DNA of 64,000 nt from NCBI GenBank assembly GCA_045576275.1, contig JAZNGB010000042.1, positions 26,882 through 90,881 on the forward strand, read 5' to 3'. The notes under the pieces were generated by a model, which was not told the DNA's origin, ran no database searches, and saw nothing but the letters and a program-made list of their open reading frames with translations. Made by a program: the position numbers and the translations under genes. This DNA is from Acutalibacteraceae bacterium (GTDB lineage Bacteria; Bacillota; Clostridia; Oscillospirales; Acutalibacteraceae). Positions 1-9,419 of the stretch are shown here, one piece after another (the stretch's first letter is position 1; each line of letters starts with the position of its first letter).

Positions 1-746
1 ACGAAGTCATCCGACAACTGTATGAACGCAAAAGTGTGCGTGCATTTGCAAGGCAGCCGATCGATCCGACCGTTAAGGAGTCGATCTTGCTTGCTGCGTG
101 TGCAGCACCGACTGCAGGCAATCAGCAGATGTATACCATTCTTGATATCACCGATAAGAATTTGCAGAAAGAACTGTCAGTCACCTGTGATAACCAACCG
201 TTTATTGCGGATGCTGCCATGGTGTTGATATTCTGTGCCGATTTTAAAAAATGGTATGATGTGTATGCACTGACCGGATGCTCACCGCGTTTGCCTGCCG
301 TGGGTGACTTTGTTCTTGCTGTGCAGGATGCCGTGATTGCAGCACAGAATGCCGTAACCGCAGCACACAGCTTCGGTTTGGGGAGTTGTTATATCGGTGA
401 CATCATGGAGAACTGCGAGCAACATCGCAAAATGCTCAATTTGCCTGCTTATGTATTTCCTGCAACGATGGTTGTGTTCGGACATCCCACGCAGCAACAG
501 CGTGAACGTGTAAAACCTGATCGCTGTAGCTTGTCGCATATTGTGCACGAAAACACGTATCGTGAAATGAATGCAGATGAGCTTATAGCCATGTTTGATT
601 ATAAAAAAGGAAATCTTTCATTTGAAGAATGGTGCCACCGGTTTTGTGAACGCAAACACAATTCTGATTTTTCAAAAGAAATGAGCCGTTCTGTTGCACA
701 GTATATGAACGATTTTATAAAAGGGGACAACGGTTTTGATTTATAA
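1..746 (+). CDS. Nitroreductase family protein (5' end outside the window)
   Basis: The ORF is open to the window edge; the first full codon is at 3 and EVIRQLYERKSVRAF precedes the first Met. Motifs RKSVRAF, APTAGNQQ and FGLGSCYIGD are typical of FMN nitroreductases, judged from motif memory. Confidence 0.85.
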   Translation, partial: EVIRQLYERKSVRAFARQPIDPTVKESILLAACAAPTAGNQQMYTILDITDKNLQKELSVTCDNQPFIADAAMVLIFCADFKKWYDVYALTGCSPRLPAVGDFVLAVQDAVIAAQNAVTAAHSFGLGSCYIGDIMENCEQHRKMLNLPAYVFPATMVVFGHPTQQQRERVKPDRCSLSHIVHENTYREMNADELIAMFDYKKGNLSFEEWCHRFCERKHNSDFSKEMSRSVAQYMNDFIKGDNGFDL

Positions 747-1503
747 ATTACAAGATCCTTCTGTTGCTGCACAGCTGTTTGCAGGCAGCTCGGATACCTG
801 TATTACTTCTGCATTGCAAGGTGTTATGGGTGATATTTACGCAGATCATCCGACATATCCGACTGCTGCTATGGCGGTTATGAATGTTTTTGTTTTTTTT
901 GCGGGACAGGCAAATGCGGAGCTTGTAAAATACAAACCATTTGAATACGATGGTAATTTTGCCGTATTTGTACCCTCGAATGCGGCATGGGAAGAGTGTA
1001 TTGAGCAGGCTTACGGCGACCGTGTTCAGAAAAGCAGTCGTTTTGCTATATGCAAAGATCCCGTTTTTGATACCGAAAAGTTGTCTGCGTTTATGAAAGA
1101 CATTCCGAACGGTGTGGAGTTGCAAATGATTGACCGTGATTTGTATTACAGGTGTCTTGCGAATGAATGGTCGAAAGATTTTGTCTGCAATTACGCTGAT
1201 TATGATGCGTTTGCGAAGTGCGGTTTGGGTGTTGTTGCCGTAGAAAACGGACAGCTTCTTGCCGGTGCATCCTCTTTCTCATCCTATGAGGGCGGTATTG
1301 AAATTGAGATTGTGACCCACGAGGAGCATCGTCGAAAAAACCTTGCCACCGCTTGTGGTGCTGCTTTGATTTTGGAGTGTCTGCAGCGTGGATTGTATCC
1401 GAACTGGGATGCGGCAACACGCATATCTGTGGCTCTTGCAGAAAAACTCGGCTATCGTTTCAGCCATGAATATGTTGTATATAAGATTTCTTCTTATGTG
1501 TAA
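736..1503 (+). CDS. GNAT-family N-acetyltransferase (ZmaR-like architecture)
   Basis: TTG start overlaps the upstream stop by 11 nt. The C-terminal GGIEIEIVTHEEHRRKNLATACGAALILECLQRGLYPNWDA...LAEKLGY resembles the GNAT acetyl-CoA-binding motif. Confidence 0.6.
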   Translation: MIYKLQDPSVAAQLFAGSSDTCITSALQGVMGDIYADHPTYPTAAMAVMNVFVFFAGQANAELVKYKPFEYDGNFAVFVPSNAAWEECIEQAYGDRVQKSSRFAICKDPVFDTEKLSAFMKDIPNGVELQMIDRDLYYRCLANEWSKDFVCNYADYDAFAKCGLGVVAVENGQLLAGASSFSSYEGGIEIEIVTHEEHRRKNLATACGAALILECLQRGLYPNWDAATRISVALAEKLGYRFSHEYVVYKISSYV

Positions 1504-1512
1504 TTCAAACAA

Positions 1513-1560
1513 AAATGTAAATCTGCTTTTATGCAAATCGCAGATTTACATTTTTTGTTT
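1513..1560 (+). terminator. Rho-independent terminator
   Basis: 14-bp stem aaatgtaaatctgc / gcagatttacattt followed by a T-run. Confidence 0.7.
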
Positions 1561-1605
1561 TTTTCTGTATAATAATTTTATTAATATGGAAATGGAGAAA
1601 TATGT

Positions 1606-3147
1606 ATGAAACTTTTCTCAAACGGTTTTAAAAAGAGCGTAGTCTTTGTGCTTGCACTCAGCTTTGTGCTGACCTATGGTTTTTGCTTTGTTGGTGCAGC
1701 CTCTGACATTGATTATGCAATCACCAACCCGTATGCAAATGTTAACTGGGATGCTGTTGAACAGTACAAAGCAGATTTGCATTGCCACACCAATGCTTCC
1801 GACGGCAACGACACTTTGGTTGAATCGGTTGAACGTCACTATGAACTCGGTTTTGATGCACTTGCAATATCTGACCATGGTACGATTGATTATAATTGGA
1901 CCGACGGCCACGTTGATCCCGATATCAAAATTGCTCTTGGCATCAAAGATGGTGAGATTACTCCTGTTGTACCGCTGAAAGCAAACGGCACGGCTGCCAA
2001 CGGCAACAGTTATACTCTTGTGGATGCGGAAAACGGTGACACCTACTATTCTCAGACCACCGCTGATGGTGATGCTTTGCAGAATATGATGCGTGTTCCG
2101 TTCGGTATTGAACACAATGCAGCCTCTTTCAACAACTGTCATGTCAACTCCTGGTTTGTGGATTGGGGCGACGGTATGCTTGCCGGTACAAGCGACTATG
2201 TGACTGCTCTTTCCGGTGTTGCTGAAGCAGGCGGTGTCAGTGTTATCAATCATCCCGGTGAATACTCCAATGCCCGTGATGAGATCTATACGGCAGACGC
2301 TTATAACCGTGATACGGTTCATTTTAACTATATTGTTGATAAGTTTGAGAATCTGCTTCTTGACTATCCGAACTGTATCGGTATTGATATCAACTCCAAG
2401 GGTGACTCCAGAACCCGTTTTGACCGTAAACTCTGGGATTTGATGCTTACAGACCTCATTCCGCAGGGCAGAACCGTTTATGCGATTGCAACTTCCGATG
2501 CCCACAATCTTGACATTGTTGATTCCGGTTTTACGCTTCACCTGCTTGAAGATCTCAATAGCGATGCATTCAGAGCATCTCTTGAAAACGGTGAATTCTT
2601 TGCAGCAAGCAAATATGTCGGTAATGCTGATGAATTGAATCGCTATGCAACATATCTTCTTGACTCTGACGATGCTGCAAAGGTTGCATTCGGTACGCAG
2701 CTTAAAGAAATTGCAGATCAGATTTATTTTGAAAATGCAGAAGGCGGTGAAGGTACCGGCAATAAATTCCGTGCAGACAACACCGTTGCAGGTCCGCAGG
2801 TTGACAGCATCACTGTTGATGATGCAAATGATGTCATCACCATTGATTGTGACAACGCAATGCTCATTACCTGGGTTTCCGGCGGTCAGGTCGTTGCAAC
2901 CGGTAATACGGTAGATCTTGATGAACTTGAGACTGTCGGCAACTATATCCGTGCCGAAATTATCAACGAAGGCGGCGTGCTTTATACACAGGCTTTTGTG
3001 CTTGATTATGCAGGTGCTCCGACGGGCGATTTTAATAACTTCTTCTTTGATTTCGGTACCGGTATCGGCAAAATCATTCAGTTCATTCTTGAGTTTATTA
3101 CATCTCTTCCGATTTTTGATATTATCTGGGAATTTATTAAGAAGTAA
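1606..3147 (+). CDS. Secreted or membrane-associated PHP-domain phosphoesterase
   Basis: N-terminal signal/TM segment VVFVLALSFVLTYGFCFVGAAS. PHP metal-ligand motifs DLHCHTNASDG, ISDHG, INHPG and TSDAHN. Aromatic amphipathic C-terminal tail. Confidence 0.75.
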   Translation: MKLFSNGFKKSVVFVLALSFVLTYGFCFVGAASDIDYAITNPYANVNWDAVEQYKADLHCHTNASDGNDTLVESVERHYELGFDALAISDHGTIDYNWTDGHVDPDIKIALGIKDGEITPVVPLKANGTAANGNSYTLVDAENGDTYYSQTTADGDALQNMMRVPFGIEHNAASFNNCHVNSWFVDWGDGMLAGTSDYVTALSGVAEAGGVSVINHPGEYSNARDEIYTADAYNRDTVHFNYIVDKFENLLLDYPNCIGIDINSKGDSRTRFDRKLWDLMLTDLIPQGRTVYAIATSDAHNLDIVDSGFTLHLLEDLNSDAFRASLENGEFFAASKYVGNADELNRYATYLLDSDDAAKVAFGTQLKEIADQIYFENAEGGEGTGNKFRADNTVAGPQVDSITVDDANDVITIDCDNAMLITWVSGGQVVATGNTVDLDELETVGNYIRAEIINEGGVLYTQAFVLDYAGAPTGDFNNFFFDFGTGIGKIIQFILEFITSLPIFDIIWEFIKK

Positions 3148-3171
3148 TAAATAAAATATACGATTTTGCTA

Positions 3172-3200
3172 TTGACAAGTTGAAATCTTGTTGATATAAT
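3172..3200 (+). promoter_or_regulatory. Sigma-A type promoter of the rpsF-ssb-rpsR operon
   Basis: TTGACA (3172-3177), 17-bp spacer, TATAAT (3195-3200), about 75 nt upstream of rpsF. Confidence 0.6.
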
Positions 3201-3275
3201 ACTAAAGCTGTCTGAAAGGCAGCAACATCCTTGCTCTGTGGAAAACAGGGCCAAAGTCCAAAAGGAGGTGCAGAT

Positions 3276-3554
3276 ATGTCAAACTACGAAACCGTAATGG
3301 TATTCTCCCTGAAAGAGGGCGAAGAAAAGGCAAAGGGTCTTGTGGAGAAATTCCAGGCACTTATCGAAGCCAACGGTACTCTTGACAGTGTCGATGAATG
3401 GGGTCAGCGCAAACTGGCTTACGCCATCAACTACGAGACCGAAGGTTACTATGTGCTCTACACTTATGCCGCCAATATTGATTTCCCTGCAGAGATCGAT
3501 CGTGTCGCTAACATTACCGACGGCGTTCTCCGCACAATGATTATTGCTAAATAA
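3276..3554 (+). CDS. rpsF: 30S ribosomal protein S6
   Basis: RBS aaaggagg upstream of the ATG at 3276. Sequence MSNYETVMVF...DEWGQRKLAYAINYETEGYY is the S6 signature, and the rpsF-ssb-rpsR synteny is conserved. Confidence 0.95.
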   Translation: MSNYETVMVFSLKEGEEKAKGLVEKFQALIEANGTLDSVDEWGQRKLAYAINYETEGYYVLYTYAANIDFPAEIDRVANITDGVLRTMIIAK

Positions 3555-3568
3555 GGAGGGTATTTAAA

Positions 3569-3994
3569 ATGCTCAACTGTGCAATCATCATGGGTCGCTT
3601 GACTGCGGATCCCGAACTGCGTACCACATCGAACGGTCTTTCCGTAACATCTTTTTCTGTTGCGGTTGATCGCAGATTTACCAGAAGCGGGGAAGAAAAG
3701 CAGACCGACTTTATCAATGTTGTCGCTTGGCGTCAGACGGCAGATTTTGTCAGCAAGTATTTCCAGAAAGGTTCCATGATTGCCGTGCAGGGTTCTATCC
3801 AGACACGCAGTTATGAAGACAAGAACGGAAATAAGCGCACTGCTGTTGAAATTGTAGCAGACAATGTAAGCTTTTGCGGCTCCAAAGCCGAAAGCGGAAC
3901 CGGTGGTATGCGTGCCGCGGTTCCGGCAGCCTATCAGAATGCAGGCAGTGAAGACTTCAGCGAACTCGCCGGAGAAGATGACCTGCCGTTCTGA
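3569..3994 (+). CDS. ssb: Single-stranded DNA-binding protein
   Basis: OB-fold N-terminus (IIMGRLTADPELRTTSNG...FINVVAWRQTADF), Gly-rich linker and acidic DDLPF tail. Confidence 0.95.
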   Translation: MLNCAIIMGRLTADPELRTTSNGLSVTSFSVAVDRRFTRSGEEKQTDFINVVAWRQTADFVSKYFQKGSMIAVQGSIQTRSYEDKNGNKRTAVEIVADNVSFCGSKAESGTGGMRAAVPAAYQNAGSEDFSELAGEDDLPF

Positions 3995-4021
3995 GAAAAA
4001 TCTATTAAGGAGGATTAACCA

Positions 4022-4279
4022 ATGGCATTCGAAAAGAGTGATAGAGGTGACCGTCGTCCCGGTAACAGAAAGGGCCGTAAAAAGGTTTGTACTTTCTGTG
4101 TAGAAAAGGATGCAGTTATCGATTATAAAGATGCAGCTAAGCTTCGTCGCTTTATCTCCGAAAGAGCAAAGATTCTGCCTCGCAGAGTTACAGGCACTTG
4201 TGCTGCACACCAGAGAGAACTGACTGTCGCTATCAAGCGTGCTCGTCAGATTGCTCTTCTTCCTTACACTGCTGAATAA
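4022..4279 (+). CDS. rpsR: 30S ribosomal protein S18
   Basis: [62 protein letters not shown] is the S18 signature. Confidence 0.95.
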   Translation: MAFEKSDRGDRRPGNRKGRKKVCTFCVEKDAVIDYKDAAKLRRFISERAKILPRRVTGTCAAHQRELTVAIKRARQIALLPYTAE

Positions 4280-4291
4280 GTTATGTAAGAT

Positions 4292-4323
4292 ACCGCAGAC
4301 CGAAAGGTTTGCGGTTTTTTTTG
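4292..4323 (+). terminator. Rho-independent terminator of the rpsF operon
   Basis: Stem accgcagacc / ggtttgcggt with a GAAA loop, followed by a T-run of about 9 nt. Confidence 0.85.
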
Positions 4324-4384
4324 TTGTATGGTGTTATTTTTACTTGTGCTTTGGCCATACTGTTTTTTGAAAGGATTGATACAG

Positions 4385-4837
4385 ATGGACAAAAATAAAG
4401 AAAAAAAAGAGTATGCTGAAATGACAAAAGCTGTCTCACCAAACTCTCCTTGTTTTTTGAATTGCTTGAAAGCTTTTGCGATCGGGGGAATGATTTGTGT
4501 TTTGGGGCAGATCTTGCATGATTTGTATGCAATGCGAATAGAAGATGACAAAACAGTCAGTACACTTGTGTCCATAACATTGATCGCACTTGCTGCATTG
4601 GTGACGGGAATCGGTGTGTTTGATAAAATTGCAAAACATGCCGGAGCCGGTACGCTTGTTCCTATTACGGGTTTTTCGAATGCCGTTGTTTCACCTGCTT
4701 TGGAGTTCAAAACGGAAGGTCATGTACTCGGCACGGCAGTTAATATGTTTTCCATCGCGGGACCTGTTATTGTTTACGGTACGGCAGCCGCTACGTTGTA
4801 TGGTGTGATATATTGGCTGACTGTGATTATTCAATAG
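4385..4837 (+). CDS. spoVAC: Stage V sporulation protein AC
   Basis: Start taken at MDKNKEKK. Motifs FLNCLKAFAIGGMICVLGQ and GAGTLVPITGFSNAVVSPALEFKTEG are characteristic of SpoVAC. Confidence 0.85.
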   Translation: MDKNKEKKEYAEMTKAVSPNSPCFLNCLKAFAIGGMICVLGQILHDLYAMRIEDDKTVSTLVSITLIALAALVTGIGVFDKIAKHAGAGTLVPITGFSNAVVSPALEFKTEGHVLGTAVNMFSIAGPVIVYGTAAATLYGVIYWLTVIIQ

Positions 4838-4951
4838 TCGGAATATATGTGCATTTGTAAGCAAATGTGTTAAAAATTTATGCAAAACTTCTTTACTTTT
4901 CATTTCGGTAATGCTATAATGCAGGCTGCTAAAAAAGAAAAGAGGAAGTTT

Positions 4952-6232
4952 ATGTTGAATTATCTCAATCCGACGTTTTTTTTGGTTGTAAAGAAGTATG
5001 AGAAACCACAATTTATAAAAGATATTGTAGCAGGATTTATTGTAGCCATTATTGCATTACCGCTTTCGATCGCATTGGCACTTGCTTCGGGTGTTGAACC
5101 TGCCTGCGGTATTTATACTGCCATTGCAGCAGGATTTTTTGTTGCACTTCTGGGGGGCAGCCGTGTGCAGATTGCAGGACCTACGGCTGCTTTTGCAACC
5201 ATTGTTGCGAGTGTTGTTGCAAAGCAAGGGATGGACGGTTTGTTTATCGCTACGGTTATTGCCGGATTTATGCTCATTCTTATGGGTATATTGAAACTGG
5301 GCGGATTGATCCGATTTATCCCCCATTCAATTACGGTCGGTTTTACAGGCGGTATTGCGGTTGCAATTTTGCTCGGTCAGATCAAAGATTTTTTGGGGCT
5401 TACATATACAAGTGGGATACGTCCCATTGAAGCCATCGAAAAAATGGAAGCCAATATTGCATTTATTGATACTTTTTCATGGCAGTCACTGGTTATAGGC
5501 CTCATAAGTCTTGCGATCCTGATTGTCTATCCGAAACTCGAAAAACGTGTGCCGCCATCCCTGATTGCAGTTGTTGCAGGAGCTCTCCTTGTCGGATTGA
5601 TTCCGGTTTTTGCGGATGGCGTTTATACAATCGGTGACCTTTATACAATTCCCTCAGGCTTGCCGAAAGTTGATTTTGCATCTATGGATTTCAGCCGGGA
5701 AAAGGTGATTGCGGTTTTGCCGGATGCGTTTACAATCGCCATTCTGGCTGCGATTGAATCCTTGCTTTCGTGTGTTGTTGCCGACGGAATGATTCAGTCA
5801 AAACACAATTCCAATGCGGAACTTGTAGCGCAGGGTGTGGGTAATATTGCAAGTGTTCTGTTTGGCGGTATCGCTGCGACCGGAGCGATTGCGAGAACGG
5901 CTGCAAACATTAAAAACGGTGGCAGAACACCTGTTGCTGCAATGGTGCATTCGATCGTCCTTTTGTTTGTACTTTTGTTCTTTATGCCGTATGCTGAACT
6001 GATTCCGATGCCTGTTATTGCTGCCATTTTGTTTGTTGTTGCGTATAATATGAGCGAATGGCGTAAATTTGTTGAAATAATAAAATCCAAAAAATATATT
6101 GATATTTCAGTTCTCGTTTTGACCTTTGTTCTTACAGTTGTTTTTGATCTTGTGGTTGCAATCGCTGTTGGTTTGATTGTGTATTATTTGCTTATTTTTG
6201 TGACAAAAATTTACAAAATGCGTGTTGGATGA
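4952..6232 (+). CDS. SulP-family anion permease with no C-terminal STAS domain
   Basis: RBS gaggaag before the ATG at 4952. Motifs DIVAGFIVAIIALPLSIALALASGV and GGSRVQIAGPTAAFA. The protein ends right after the last TM helix. Confidence 0.85.
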   Translation: MLNYLNPTFFLVVKKYEKPQFIKDIVAGFIVAIIALPLSIALALASGVEPACGIYTAIAAGFFVALLGGSRVQIAGPTAAFATIVASVVAKQGMDGLFIATVIAGFMLILMGILKLGGLIRFIPHSITVGFTGGIAVAILLGQIKDFLGLTYTSGIRPIEAIEKMEANIAFIDTFSWQSLVIGLISLAILIVYPKLEKRVPPSLIAVVAGALLVGLIPVFADGVYTIGDLYTIPSGLPKVDFASMDFSREKVIAVLPDAFTIAILAAIESLLSCVVADGMIQSKHNSNAELVAQGVGNIASVLFGGIAATGAIARTAANIKNGGRTPVAAMVHSIVLLFVLLFFMPYAELIPMPVIAAILFVVAYNMSEWRKFVEIIKSKKYIDISVLVLTFVLTVVFDLVVAIAVGLIVYYLLIFVTKIYKMRVG

Positions 6233-6279
6233 TATAAAAAGAGGGCACATCCGTCTTTCTGTGACCGATGTGCTCTCTT

Positions 6280-7125
6280 TTATTTTTTTGTGTAATTGTG
6301 TGCAATTTTGCATGCACGTTTGTAGCATTCTGCAAAATATCGTTCCAAAGGCATTTCCATATACCCGTCGTTTTCATGTCGGTTTGGTTTAGATTGGATG
6401 TTCAATTCAAAATTCAGATACTCCAACTTTCTTGCTTTTTGCAACCGTTTGACATTGTAATCCCAGTCAGCAATTCCGTCATATGGCAGCAGATGCAAGT
6501 CATCCGTCCAGAATGTTTTTCCGTCAAAACGGCTGACGCCTAAATTGTCGTTCAGATGTGTCATTAAAAGACGGTCGCCGAGTTTTTTTAACAAATCATC
6601 ACTTCGATTATAGCACATTTCGTGTCCCGCATCCCAACAAAAACCGACGTTTGGATTGTCTTGGTATCGATCCGTAAGGGCAAACAGGTATTCTTCTCCC
6701 TCGGTGTTTTCAAAAGCGATCTGTATTCCGTTTTCGGTAACGCGTTGGACAAGAGCATCGTAATTGTCAAAGAATAAATCTTCTTTGTTGAATGTATAAT
6801 CAAATCCGATCCAGGCATGTGCAACCATTACGGGAATGTTCAATTCTTTGCAGGCATCAGCAGCAAGCAACAGTTCTGTAAGAGCCGGCTTACAAACGTA
6901 CGGATCTTTGTGCCACATATCGGCTGCTTTTCCGAACGGTGCGTGCAAGGATTGAACAGACAGACCGAGTTCTCTCGCTGTCCGTACTTGCTCTTCCAGT
7001 GTTTCTCTGTTTTTCCATGCGGGTGAAATGGCATCAAACCCCGTTTGTGCAATGATCTTAATAACGTCAAGTGTCGGTTTTGTATACTCATTCCCGACTG
7101 AAATGCCGATTTTCTGTTTCCACAT
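6280..7125 (-). CDS. Sugar phosphate isomerase/epimerase (xylose-isomerase-like TIM barrel)
   Basis: Pattern of SLHAPF, VAHAW, AFENTEGE and FCWDAGHE matches the AP-endonuclease-2 / TIM-barrel family. Confidence 0.75.
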   Translation of the reverse strand: MWKQKIGISVGNEYTKPTLDVIKIIAQTGFDAISPAWKNRETLEEQVRTARELGLSVQSLHAPFGKAADMWHKDPYVCKPALTELLLAADACKELNIPVMVAHAWIGFDYTFNKEDLFFDNYDALVQRVTENGIQIAFENTEGEEYLFALTDRYQDNPNVGFCWDAGHEMCYNRSDDLLKKLGDRLLMTHLNDNLGVSRFDGKTFWTDDLHLLPYDGIADWDYNVKRLQKARKLEYLNFELNIQSKPNRHENDGYMEMPLERYFAECYKRACKIAHNYTKK

Positions 7126-7257
7126 ACACAAATCCCTCCTGTTTTTATAGTATCATTTTGCTTTGCAAAAGTAAATATTTTACTGTTGTTTTTTATAGTA
7201 TCTGCAAAAAAATCGGAAAAACTGCAATTATAAATATTTGCATTTGAGAGGATTTGT

Positions 7258-8265
7258 ATGATACAGAATCAAGAACGAGTCATGTTTTTTTCATCTTGTC
7301 CTGTTTTGCTGACAGGTGCAGCAGTTGGCGGAAAAGCAGAAGGGGACGGACCTGTTGCGAATGTGTTTGATTATTGCTATGCTGACGATTTTATCAACAG
7401 TAAAACATGGGAACAGGCAGAAAGTGCCTTGCATAAAGAAGCGTTGCTGCGTACTTTGCAAAAAGCAAAAATGCCGCCGCAGGATGTAGGTATACTTTTT
7501 GCCGGTGACCTGTTGGATCAATGTATGGCAAGTGCATTTGCAGCGAAAGATATAGGCATTCCCACGGCAGGATTGTATGGTGCGTGCTCCACATTTGCAT
7601 TGGGGTTATGTATGGCAGGTGTTTATGTGGACAGCAATGCCGTCAAAACAGCACTCGCATCAGCCTCATCCCATTTTTGTTCTGCGGAAAAGCAGTTTCG
7701 TTTTCCGTTGGAATACGGCAGCCAGCGACAACCGACAACCCAACGGACGGCTACCGCCGCAGGTGCGGTTCTGGTCGGTCATGCAAAGACAGGTTGTTGT
7801 ATTGAAGCCGCCATGATCGGTACGATTCAGGATCTGGGCATTACCGATGCCGCCAATATGGGTGCTGCCATGGCACCTGCCGCAGCGGATTCCATTGCAA
7901 AATTTTTGAAACAAACCCAAACGACCCCCAATGATTATGATTGTATTCTGACAGGAGATCTCGGTGCAATCGGCTCGCAATTGTTGTGTCAATTGTTGTT
8001 TCACAGAGGACTTGATATCAGCTCCGTGCATGAGGATTGCGGCAACCTGTTGTTTGATACGGATCTGCAGGATGTGCATGCAGGGGCCTCGGGTTGCGGT
8101 TGTTCGGCAGCTTTGGTCAGCACTCTGTTCCGGAATAAAATTGAAAAAGGCGAGCTGCAAAAGGTGCTGTTTGTCGGCACCGGAGCATTGATGTCACCTT
8201 TGACCGTGCGACAAGGGGAGAGCATTCCCGGAATTGCACATGCGGTTCTGCTTTCCAAAAAATGA
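7258..8265 (+). CDS. spoVAD: Stage V sporulation protein AD
   Basis: Thiolase-like SpoVAD motifs: LFAGDLLDQ, YGACSTF, SSHFCSAEKQFRFPLEYG, ITDAANMGAAMAPAAADS, GASGCGCSA, ESIPGIAH. Confidence 0.9.
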   Translation: MIQNQERVMFFSSCPVLLTGAAVGGKAEGDGPVANVFDYCYADDFINSKTWEQAESALHKEALLRTLQKAKMPPQDVGILFAGDLLDQCMASAFAAKDIGIPTAGLYGACSTFALGLCMAGVYVDSNAVKTALASASSHFCSAEKQFRFPLEYGSQRQPTTQRTATAAGAVLVGHAKTGCCIEAAMIGTIQDLGITDAANMGAAMAPAAADSIAKFLKQTQTTPNDYDCILTGDLGAIGSQLLCQLLFHRGLDISSVHEDCGNLLFDTDLQDVHAGASGCGCSAALVSTLFRNKIEKGELQKVLFVGTGALMSPLTVRQGESIPGIAHAVLLSKK

Positions 8266-8330
8266 AATACGCACCGTCAGCGAATATGTTGACGGTGCGT
8301 TTGTGCTGTATTTGAATGTCAGATTAAAAA

Positions 8331-9245
8331 TTAAAACGCGTATTCGTATCTCAATTCTTCAAGCCATTCGCCTTTGATGAAATCTCTTCCTCTTACAACA
8401 AATTTGTCTTCATACACTTCAACAACAATTCCGTCACCGGCAACATATTCAACGATTTCTGTTACACGGGGGAGATTGACACACTTCACACCATAGGAGT
8501 TGTAGAAGTTATCTGTTCCGAGATCATTGTGAATATGGCCGTGAACATACAATGCGACATTGTAATTGTTCATAAGTGCTGCAAGTTCCGTTCTGTCCAC
8601 TTCGCTGTTGTTGTCAAGGAAATAAAGCGGGAAATGGTTGAATACGAATATACGAGCATTGGCAGCCTGTGCTTCTTTGAGAACATTTTCAAGCCAATCA
8701 AACTGTGTTCTTGTCATCTGGAAATCTTCTGATGTTGTGTCGTCAGAAACAAGGCAGATCATGTAAACACCGTTGATAACTCTGTAATAATAACCTGTGC
8801 CGACATCATTGCCCAGGTAAAGCTTGTTGTTGTTGATATAATTCTCACGCAGTTGCTGATAATCACCTTCACCGTTTCCGAGGTCGTGATTGCCTGCAAC
8901 AACAAGGTTGTTTTTAGCCGGCATAACGGCTCTGACTGCAGAATAGAATAAGAAATTTTCAAGAAGCTGTCCGTTCATAACGTTGTCACCTGTGTAAACA
9001 ACGGTGTCAATGTTTTCTCCGGACTTGATGCCTTCGAGCACATTTTTTAATTCTTTATAGCTGTCGGGATTGTTGGTTTCAACATGAATGTCGGAAACAA
9101 CAGCAAAGCTTGTGACCAGATCATCCGGATTTTCTGCCGTATAAGGTTGCGTGTTGGTGCCTGTTATGGGCAAAATCATTGTAAGCAAAGTGAGAATGGT
9201 AATGAATAAATCTTTCAGGTAGGTTGTTACGGTTGAAACATCCAT
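8331..9245 (-). CDS. Membrane-anchored or secreted calcineurin-like metallophosphoesterase
   Basis: N-terminal TM segment, then motifs SDIHVE, TGDNV, GNHD and HGHIHND. Confidence 0.8.
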   Translation of the reverse strand: MDVSTVTTYLKDLFITILTLLTMILPITGTNTQPYTAENPDDLVTSFAVVSDIHVETNNPDSYKELKNVLEGIKSGENIDTVVYTGDNVMNGQLLENFLFYSAVRAVMPAKNNLVVAGNHDLGNGEGDYQQLRENYINNNKLYLGNDVGTGYYYRVINGVYMICLVSDDTTSEDFQMTRTQFDWLENVLKEAQAANARIFVFNHFPLYFLDNNSEVDRTELAALMNNYNVALYVHGHIHNDLGTDNFYNSYGVKCVNLPRVTEIVEYVAGDGIVVEVYEDKFVVRGRDFIKGEWLEELRYEYAF

Positions 9246-9419
9246 GGGGATCCCTCTTTTTTTTCTTTCATTTTAACATACATTTTCTTGCTTGTAAATT
9301 GTTTGTTTCTGATTTTGTTCTTTTTTTTTCACCACAACTGTGATTATTTTTATCTTCCGCTTGATTGTGGGCATGATTTTTGTTATTATAATCGGGCTAT
9401 AAAAAGAGAAGCGGTATGA

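Noticed and set aside
4880-4951. Longer N-terminus for the SulP gene, and similar upstream extensions of spoVAC (4328), ybaB (26718), LytTR (44767), EamA (58756), spoIIAA (57305), paralog B sigma (61149) and rpsF (3231)
   Set aside because: The upstream Met or alternative starts lack RBSs and add non-conserved residues. Internal ATGs preceded by GGAG-type RBSs match the family N-termini.
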